From: Armatimonadetes bacterium UBA1398
Lineage (GTDB): Bacteria > Armatimonadota > Zipacnadia > UBA1398
Direction of reading: 5' to 3'
DNA: 64,000 nucleotides
Assembly: GCA_002305165.1 (NCBI GenBank)
Contig: DBQI01000025.1
Location: forward strand, 79,590-143,589
Shown here in pieces: positions 18,031-25,060 of the stretch. Each line of letters begins with the position of its first letter. Within the stretch, counting starts at the first letter, position 1. The notes under the pieces were generated by a model that saw nothing but the letters and a program-made list of their open reading frames with translations, did no database searches and was not told the origin of the DNA. Position numbers and translations under genes: made by a program.

Positions 18031-20508
18031 ATGCAACCGAGCAACCTCTCGTGGACCGTGCTCCTATTCGGCCTCGTCCTCATCGCGGCGGCCCATGCCG
18101 TTGCGCCCTCCGCGAGTGAGTTGGCCCAAGCTCGCCGCTGGGCCGCCCAGAACCTGGGGCGGGTCGGTCCGCCACCTGCTCCAGCGGCCGTTCCGGCTGA
18201 GACGGCGGCGTGTCTCACGGTGAACGCGAACCACGATGATGTGCTGCTCAACGGGCGGCCCGATGGCAGGCCGCTCCAGATCGGTGCTGACACCTACGAG
18301 CATGGGCTGCTCTGCCACGCCCCGAGCGAGCTCGTGGTGCGACTCCCGGGGCCCGGTCGGGCGTTCACCGCGATGATCGGCATAGACGCCAACGCGGGCG
18401 GGGGCAGCGTGGTCTTCTCCGTAGCGGTGGAAGGGACCGAGGCGTTCGACTCAGGTGTGGTCCGACATGGGGACCCCGTGGCGCCGATCTCCCTGGAACT
18501 CCACGGCGCTCGGACGCTCACCCTCGCCGCCAGCGACGCAGGAGACGGGATCGCCTGCGACCATGCGGTTTGGGCAGAAGCGGCCGTCGCGCTCGAGGAC
18601 GGCACAACGGTCCGTCTGAGTGACCTGCCACTCCGGTACCCCATGCCGCCCGGACGGGTCGGCGAGACGCCGCCCTTCGTGTTCACCTACGGCGGTCGAC
18701 ATTCCGACGAACTGCTGCCCGGCTGGGAGTTCACTGAGGCTTCCAAGGCCATCGGCGAGGGCCGAACCCGCTGGACACGCGCCTACTCGGACCCCGGCAC
18801 TGGGCTCGAGGTGCGGTGCGTGAGCGTCACCTATGCTGACTTCCCTGTGGTCGAGTGGACGGTCACCCTGAGGAACGCCGGCACGACGGACACGCCTCTC
18901 ATCGAGGGCTTGCAGGGGCTCGATTCCCGCTTCGGACCGCGCGTCCAGGATGGATTCGTTCTGCACCACAATGTGGGCAGCCCCTGCCAGCCGAACGACT
19001 ATCAGCCCCTCGAGACGCCGTTGGGACCTGTGGTCCACAAGCGGATCGGCGCCGCCGGCGGGCGGCCGACGAACGGCGATCTCTGCTACTTCAACCTCGA
19101 ATGGCCTGGGGCGGGCGTCATCATCGCTCTCGGCTGGCCAGGACAGTGGGCGGCGCACTTCCTGAGGGAGGATGGCGCTGGCGTACGGGTGGTGGCGGGG
19201 CAGGAGCAGACCCGCTTCGTGCTTCACCCAGGCGAGCAGGTGCGCACGCCGCTCGTCGTGCTCCTCTTCTGGGAGGGTGGCGACTGGATCCGGGCTCAGA
19301 ACCTCTGGCGGAGATGGATGATGGCCCACAGCATGCCCGATGTGGGTGGGAAGCCCATCGAGACCCACTACGGCGTCTGCTTCTCGAACCTCCAGCCTCT
19401 CGCGGACGAGGAACTCCTGGGCTTGGCGACGGTGGCGGAACGCGAGCTGCCCATCGAGTACTACTTCCTGGACGCGGGATGGTATCCCGATCGAGGGGGT
19501 TGGTGGAACACGGGCACGTGGGAGGTCGACCGCGAGCGTTTCCCCAACGGGGTCAGAGAGGTAATGGACCGCGCTCATGCCGGTGGCATGAAGACCGTAT
19601 TGTGGTTCGAGCCGGAGCGGTGTGTGTCCGGAACGTGGCTCACCGAGAACCATCCTGAGTGGGTCCTCGGCGGAGCGGACGGAGGCCTCCTGAACCTCGG
19701 CAATGCCGAGGCGTGGGCCTGGGCGGTGGAGCGGTTCAGCGGACTCATCGAGAGCGAGGGCATCGACGTCTACCGCCAGGATTACAACATCGACCCGCTC
19801 TCCTACTGGCGAGCGAACGACGCCGAGAACCGCCAAGGCATCACCGAGAACCACTACGTGACAGGCTATCTGGCCTACTGGGACGAGCTGCGGCGACGGC
19901 AACCGGGCATGTACATCGACTCATGCGCGAGCGGCGGCCGACGAAACGACCTCGAGACCCTGCGCCGGGCGGTCCCGCTGCTCCGCTCGGACTACTTCGT
20001 CGATCCGACCACCCAGCAGGCGCAGACGATGGGCATCGCGCTATGGATGCCCTACTTCGGGTCAGGCCAGGGGCCTGAGGACGAGTACTTCATCCGGAGT
20101 GGGTACTTCCCCGCCTCGCGCACGGGCTGGAATCCGAACGACCCGCCGGCGAGCTTCGACGTGCTCCGTCGGCTCATCGGTGAGTGCGCCGAGGTCCAGC
20201 GGTGCATGGATGGCGACTTCTACCCCCTGACGCCGTGGAGCCTGGAGGAGACGGTGTGGGCGGCCTGGCAGTGGCACCGGTCGGGAACGGAGGAGGGCGC
20301 GGTTCAGGCCTTCCGGCGCGCGGAATGCCCCGAGCAGTCCCTCGTGCTGAAGCTCCGGGGCCTCGACCCGGGACGCGTGTACCTCATTCGGAACGCCGAC
20401 GGCGGCCCGGACGCGGAGTGTACCGGCCAGGAGCTGATGGAGACGGGCATACGGGTCGTCGCCCCGAGACCGCGGCAAGCCGTTGTGCTGATGTACTCGG
20501 CCAAGTAG
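18031..20508 (+). CDS. Secreted NPCBM-domain + GH36-like glycoside hydrolase (intact paralog)
   Basis: ATG at 18031 (MQPSNLSWTVLLFGLVLIAAAHAVAPSA signal peptide) avoids the 150-nt antisense overlap with aqpZ implied by ORF start 17677. NPCBM region (TYEHGLLCHAPSELVVRL...GSVVFSV...DAGDGIACDHAVWAEA). Core motifs WFEPERC, HPEW, YRQDYNIDP, DSCASGGRRNDLE, LRSDY. Confidence 0.85.
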   Translation: MQPSNLSWTVLLFGLVLIAAAHAVAPSASELAQARRWAAQNLGRVGPPPAPAAVPAETAACLTVNANHDDVLLNGRPDGRPLQIGADTYEHGLLCHAPSELVVRLPGPGRAFTAMIGIDANAGGGSVVFSVAVEGTEAFDSGVVRHGDPVAPISLELHGARTLTLAASDAGDGIACDHAVWAEAAVALEDGTTVRLSDLPLRYPMPPGRVGETPPFVFTYGGRHSDELLPGWEFTEASKAIGEGRTRWTRAYSDPGTGLEVRCVSVTYADFPVVEWTVTLRNAGTTDTPLIEGLQGLDSRFGPRVQDGFVLHHNVGSPCQPNDYQPLETPLGPVVHKRIGAAGGRPTNGDLCYFNLEWPGAGVIIALGWPGQWAAHFLREDGAGVRVVAGQEQTRFVLHPGEQVRTPLVVLLFWEGGDWIRAQNLWRRWMMAHSMPDVGGKPIETHYGVCFSNLQPLADEELLGLATVAERELPIEYYFLDAGWYPDRGGWWNTGTWEVDRERFPNGVREVMDRAHAGGMKTVLWFEPERCVSGTWLTENHPEWVLGGADGGLLNLGNAEAWAWAVERFSGLIESEGIDVYRQDYNIDPLSYWRANDAENRQGITENHYVTGYLAYWDELRRRQPGMYIDSCASGGRRNDLETLRRAVPLLRSDYFVDPTTQQAQTMGIALWMPYFGSGQGPEDEYFIRSGYFPASRTGWNPNDPPASFDVLRRLIGECAEVQRCMDGDFYPLTPWSLEETVWAAWQWHRSGTEEGAVQAFRRAECPEQSLVLKLRGLDPGRVYLIRNADGGPDAECTGQELMETGIRVVAPRPRQAVVLMYSAK

Positions 20509-20549
20509 GGAGCTGGACGACTGCGGCCCAGGGGCTCTGGTTGGGCTCC

Positions 20550-23500
20550 CTACTCTTCGCCGTAACCTATAGCCTCGGGCGCCGGACCTGCCACGGCCCC
20601 AGCGCCCGGCGCCACGGCGACGAGCCGCGCCGCCGTGGGGGCGAGAGGCTCCAGCCGCAGGTGGTTCCTCCCCGCGGTCAGTAGCCGAGTGATGTCGAGC
20701 CGGTAGGGCTGACCGATGAACCCGCCCGCGTCGACTCCGTTGACCGTCACCCGAGCCGCTCGCTCGCGGGGGATCGGGCCCGTGACAAGGAACACGCGCC
20801 AGCCAGAGGCAAGGCACCGCGCGGGAACGGAAACCGTACCCTCGTAGGGGTCGGGCCGCTCGATGGGGCTCAGGGTGAGCCCGCCTCCGCCGGCGCCCCA
20901 TGGGCCTATGCCGTACGCGCCGATCACCCGAACAGGGGTCCAGGCGCCGTCGCCGTCATCGGCCGGCGCCTCCGAGGAGACCCAACTGCCGTCGGTGTGA
21001 ACCTCGATCCCATCGCCCGAGGCGAGCCGCCCAGATAGTCTCGCGATAATGCCCGCGGGGTTGGGGCCGGTGCCGCCGTTCGTGGCGAGGATCGAGATCT
21101 CGTTCTCGCCCGCATGGAGCAGCCGGGCGACGTCGTAGGAGTCCGGCCGCTCCCAGGCCTCGCCCGAGCCGACGGGTGTGCCGTTGACGGAGACCCGGTA
21201 CCCATTGTCAGCCGCGATGGTCAGACGGGCCTCTGCGGGAGCCGCAGGCAGGTGGAACCGGCCCAGGAAGCTTCGGCTACAGGGCAGGACTTCATGAGGA
21301 TCGGCGGCATGCCAGACCCATGAGGCGTCGTGTAGGGACAGGGCCTCGTGGATGGAGGGCGGGACGACGGGCTGGGCCGGCGGCAGGTCGATGCGGCGGA
21401 TCGGCATCTCGACCAGCGGCGCCCCGCAGTCAGGCTCTATCCGCCGCGGCAAGGCACGCCGCTGGGGATTGAAGACGAGCAGGGCGCCCTCCCCGCCGGC
21501 GAGGGTCAGCGGCAGCGTCACGGAGTCACCGGCACGACGGAAGGGCACTGACGTGATCTCGCCGCGCATCGCGTCCCAGACCTCGGGGTAGCCGGCGGCA
21601 GTCGCACGGAGGCTGAAGCGCCGGATCTCCTGATCGTTGTTCATGTTGGTCAGGAAGAAGATGTCGCGGTCGTCCTTCTGGCGGTGAAGGACGTGGAGCC
21701 AGTCGCCCGTGTCGCCCTTCAGGACCTCCAGGGTCGGGCGCACTCCGGCGTCTCCGGCCAGGACCGTCTGAATGTCAGCTACGGAGGGACGCTCGGGCAG
21801 GAAGTACGACCGGCCTCCTGAGGGCAGCTCCCGGCAGGGTCGCAGACTGGGGCCGGAGGGAGAGCCCCAGATCGCTTCCGCAAGCGCTTGCGCGGCACCG
21901 GAACCCGCACCGAAAGTGGCTGAACGCGAGGGGAGCCGACCGTATCCCACCACAATGCCGCCCGCCTGGAGGTACTTCAGGGCCTTCTCCAAAGTGGCTA
22001 CCGGGAGAGCCTCGACAGCGGGCACGATCAGCACTCGGTAGCGCTCGTCCCGCAACTCGAGGGTGTTGCCCTGGATGCGCATGTCGCCCTCGAACACCTC
22101 GTAGGGGATCCAGTCGCAGTCGTACAGGGCGTCCTGGAGGGCTGTGGTCATCTCCTCGGGCGGGGTGGTCGCACCGACGTGGTAGCTGTTCCCGAGGTAG
22201 AGCAGGGCGACCGGGCAGACGTGCCGCCCTCCCGTCAGCATCAGGCTGAGGCGAGTGGTGTAGTCGGCGTAGACTCGGTACAGCGGCCAGCGTGGCTCAT
22301 AGCCGCCGTTGTAGAAGTAGGGTGGGCAATCGGTATCGTAGGGGCCCCGAGGGTTGAAGGCATGAGGGATGTGGAAGTTGATCCCCGAGGCGTGCATGTG
22401 GTCGGCCCACCACTTCATCTCGGGGTAGCTGAGGTCCTGGCCGCGGGCTCCGAAGATCTCCACCATGGCGCGGTCATCAGTCTTACCGTAGGCGTGGCTG
22501 ACGGAGCTGCCCAGCTTCGGCGTTTGGTACGTGTTGTCGTCCTTTCGGCCGGGGACGAACTGGGTGAAGACGGCGTCGATGGCCCCCATTTCGGAGTACT
22601 TCAGCATCTGGAACACGTTCCCCCCGCAAAGCCGGGGGTGCAGGTACTCTCTCCCGTGCTCCAGCCAGTGACCGATGGAGCTGACGGATCGCTCGTTGCA
22701 CCACTCGGTCAGGCCGCCGTACAGCGTTCGACCCCACGCCTCGGCGAAGCCGTCGTGGTAAGCGTAGCGCGCGGCGATCTGCTCATCCTGGTCCGCGAGT
22801 TGGAACTTCCAGGCGACGAGAGCCCGCTTCCAGTCGCCGCTCCGCTCCTCGATGGTGGGGATCACCTCCGTGCCCCAGTCACCCCATGTCTCGGGCTCGT
22901 CGTAGAAGAAGCCTCGGATGAGGTTGCCGAACTCGTGGCCGAAGTGAGTGTAGTGGGGCTGGTACACCGTCTGAATGTACCAGTCCACGGCATCCTGGCT
23001 GGCGCCATCGACCAGTAAGTTGCCGGCCCGGCCCTCACTGAGCCGCCAGGTGAAGACCATCACGCGCCACGGGCCATCGGGCGCCTGCCACTCCAGCGTA
23101 TCCTGCTCGATTCTAGGAGTGAGGTCGATGAGGCTGCTGCCATCGATGGCATCACCCTTCACACGGCCCGCTAGGATAGCGATGAGGTGGCCCTGATCGA
23201 TGGGCAGGCGCACGGTGTCGCCGGATGCGACGAGGATCGCCTCTGCCTCCAGCCACTTGCTCCCGTACTGAGGGGGCACCCTGCCGGCGACCTCGCCGCT
23301 GGGCCACCACCTCTCGTCGAAGATCCACATCCTCAGGCCCAGCCGGCGGGCCTCGGAGAGGCAGACCTGCAGGTCCCGGTACCATCCGAAGCCGAGCCAG
23401 TCGCTGTGTGGCCGGGATTCGGCGGTGAAGCTCCCGTTGCCGCCCTCGGCGACCTTTCGCAGCGTGCCGCGGAGGCGATCCGAGCTCTCATCCCCGTGGA

Positions 23501-23654
23501 GCCAGAAGAGGGGCCCCGTCCACTGTCGGTCCTCCATGGTCGGCCGTAGGAAGCGTTCTTCCAGGTCATCCGCGTTCGCCGGAGCGATCAGAACGCCGGC
23601 GACAAGACAGAGGAGCGCCCATCCCAGGCGCGCGCAGGTGTCGGAGCGGATCAT
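20550..23654 (-). CDS. Secreted large glycoside hydrolase, candidate alpha-L-rhamnosidase-like (GH106-like); paralog of 2199..5288, co-oriented 26 nt downstream of rhaT
   Basis: MIRSDTCARLGWALLCLVAGVLIAPANA signal peptide (ATG 23652-23654, RBS GGAAGGGA). GPLFWLHGDES...GNGSFTAESRPH, WIFDERWWPSG. C-terminal beta-sandwich-like repeats. The adjacent rhaT suggests a rhamnoside substrate. Confidence 0.7.
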   Translation of the reverse strand: MIRSDTCARLGWALLCLVAGVLIAPANADDLEERFLRPTMEDRQWTGPLFWLHGDESSDRLRGTLRKVAEGGNGSFTAESRPHSDWLGFGWYRDLQVCLSEARRLGLRMWIFDERWWPSGEVAGRVPPQYGSKWLEAEAILVASGDTVRLPIDQGHLIAILAGRVKGDAIDGSSLIDLTPRIEQDTLEWQAPDGPWRVMVFTWRLSEGRAGNLLVDGASQDAVDWYIQTVYQPHYTHFGHEFGNLIRGFFYDEPETWGDWGTEVIPTIEERSGDWKRALVAWKFQLADQDEQIAARYAYHDGFAEAWGRTLYGGLTEWCNERSVSSIGHWLEHGREYLHPRLCGGNVFQMLKYSEMGAIDAVFTQFVPGRKDDNTYQTPKLGSSVSHAYGKTDDRAMVEIFGARGQDLSYPEMKWWADHMHASGINFHIPHAFNPRGPYDTDCPPYFYNGGYEPRWPLYRVYADYTTRLSLMLTGGRHVCPVALLYLGNSYHVGATTPPEEMTTALQDALYDCDWIPYEVFEGDMRIQGNTLELRDERYRVLIVPAVEALPVATLEKALKYLQAGGIVVGYGRLPSRSATFGAGSGAAQALAEAIWGSPSGPSLRPCRELPSGGRSYFLPERPSVADIQTVLAGDAGVRPTLEVLKGDTGDWLHVLHRQKDDRDIFFLTNMNNDQEIRRFSLRATAAGYPEVWDAMRGEITSVPFRRAGDSVTLPLTLAGGEGALLVFNPQRRALPRRIEPDCGAPLVEMPIRRIDLPPAQPVVPPSIHEALSLHDASWVWHAADPHEVLPCSRSFLGRFHLPAAPAEARLTIAADNGYRVSVNGTPVGSGEAWERPDSYDVARLLHAGENEISILATNGGTGPNPAGIIARLSGRLASGDGIEVHTDGSWVSSEAPADDGDGAWTPVRVIGAYGIGPWGAGGGGLTLSPIERPDPYEGTVSVPARCLASGWRVFLVTGPIPRERAARVTVNGVDAGGFIGQPYRLDITRLLTAGRNHLRLEPLAPTAARLVAVAPGAGAVAGPAPEAIGYGEE

Positions 23655-23680
23655 GAGAGGATTCCCTTCCATCCCGTCGA

Positions 23681-24745
23681 TCAGGCCTTAGCGGCGAGGT
23701 AGTTCCCATAGCCGATGACCACGGTGGAGAGGATCAGCACGGCCAGCCCGATGGCGATCCAGGCATGGGTGCGTCGGCTGGTGCCGCGCCACTCCCGAAG
23801 GGCGATGCCCCAGAGGGTGCTGAAAGTGATGATGGCGGCCATGTGGATCGTCCAACTGGAGAAGTCATACCGGCCCATCTGGGTGGTCCCCATGCTGTAG
23901 AAGAAGAACTGGAGGTACCAAGTGACCCCCGCCAAGGCGCAGAGGACGTAGTTGGCGAGTAAGGGCACCCGCTCGCCATCGACGACGGCGCGGGTGTAGT
24001 CGCCCATGGTACCGTTGCGGACCATCAGGATGAGGCACCATACGGCGTTCGTTGTGAGGCCACCGAGGAAGGCGATGATGAGAACGGGGAGGTTCTGCCA
24101 GAGCTCGGGCGCCCCCGCAGCCAGGGCCGCCTCGCTGATGGGCTTCCCCGCCTGGAATGCGTATGCCATGCTCGCGCTCATGATGCCCGAGAAGATGGCG
24201 ACGGTGAGGCCCTTGGCGAAGCTGAACTCACTGATCGCCTCGGTCTTCTGATCCTCGGGAAGCTCGCGCTCCTTGGAGATACCGGCCACGCCGCTGAAAG
24301 CGATGCCCAGGAGGCACAGGCCGACGCCGCCGAGCATGATCTGGCCCGAGGTCTCCCGCGCCGTGCTGATGAGCTCGCCGCTCACCAACGGCGGGATGAG
24401 GGTCCCGAAGGCGGCGCAGAGGCCGAGGGCGATGGCGTACCCGAGGGCGATCCCGAGATACCGCATGGAGAGGCCGAAGGTGAGGCCGCCCACGCCCCAG
24501 AGCACGCCGAAGAGGAAAGTGAAGCCCAGGGCCCTTGCCGGGGCGGCCATGAGCACCTCCGGCGTGGCGGGCACGATGAGGAGAGCAAGGGCGATGGGCG
24601 CCACCACCCAACTGAAGATGCCGCCCGCGAGCCAGTAGTTCTCCCAGGCCCAGCCCTTCACGCGCTTGTAGGGGATGTAGAAGCTCGCAGCCGCCAGCCC
24701 ACCGATGGCATGGAGAAGAACGCCGAGGAACGGGTTCGCCGACAT
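23681..24745 (-). CDS. rhaT: L-rhamnose-proton symporter
   Basis: MSANPFLGVLLHAIGGLAAASFYIPYKRVKGWAWENYWLAGGIFSWVVAP closely parallels the E. coli RhaT N-terminus (...[37 protein letters not shown]...). ATG 24743-24745 is preceded by GGGAGGG. The ORF track start at 24940 adds a non-homologous extension. Confidence 0.85.
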   Translation of the reverse strand: MSANPFLGVLLHAIGGLAAASFYIPYKRVKGWAWENYWLAGGIFSWVVAPIALALLIVPATPEVLMAAPARALGFTFLFGVLWGVGGLTFGLSMRYLGIALGYAIALGLCAAFGTLIPPLVSGELISTARETSGQIMLGGVGLCLLGIAFSGVAGISKERELPEDQKTEAISEFSFAKGLTVAIFSGIMSASMAYAFQAGKPISEAALAAGAPELWQNLPVLIIAFLGGLTTNAVWCLILMVRNGTMGDYTRAVVDGERVPLLANYVLCALAGVTWYLQFFFYSMGTTQMGRYDFSSWTIHMAAIITFSTLWGIALREWRGTSRRTHAWIAIGLAVLILSTVVIGYGNYLAAKA

Positions 24746-24853
24746 GGGGAAGCCCTCCCGAGCCGGAATGATCTGGCTGGCGCCTACTTTCCGTGCCCAT
24801 GAAGGGCGCACCTTGTGGAGGGTCTGAACGAGGGTACCGGAGAGTGCGCGTTG

Positions 24854-25060
24854 ATGCCCGGCGAGCCGAGGAGACAACCCACCGACGCCGAGGTCGTTGG
24901 CGACCACATCGCCCGGCTGGCCGAGCTCGCCAGAGCGCATGGGGCGCGGATCATCGTCTGGGGCGACTACACACTCTATGTCCGCTGTGACGAAATCCGC
25001 TTCTCCGTCGTCGAGCGGCTCGTGGCGACGAACGACCCCGACTGGACGCCATCAGGCTAG
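24854..25060 (+). CDS. Small orphan ORF (68 aa), hypothetical
   Basis: Sits in an otherwise empty 310-nt gap between two minus-strand genes. Third codon positions are strongly G/C as in genuine genes here. Protein-like sequence (HIARLAELARAHGARIIVWGDYTLYVRCDEIRFSVVERLV). No family recognised and the start is uncertain. Confidence 0.3.
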   Translation: MPGEPRRQPTDAEVVGDHIARLAELARAHGARIIVWGDYTLYVRCDEIRFSVVERLVATNDPDWTPSG

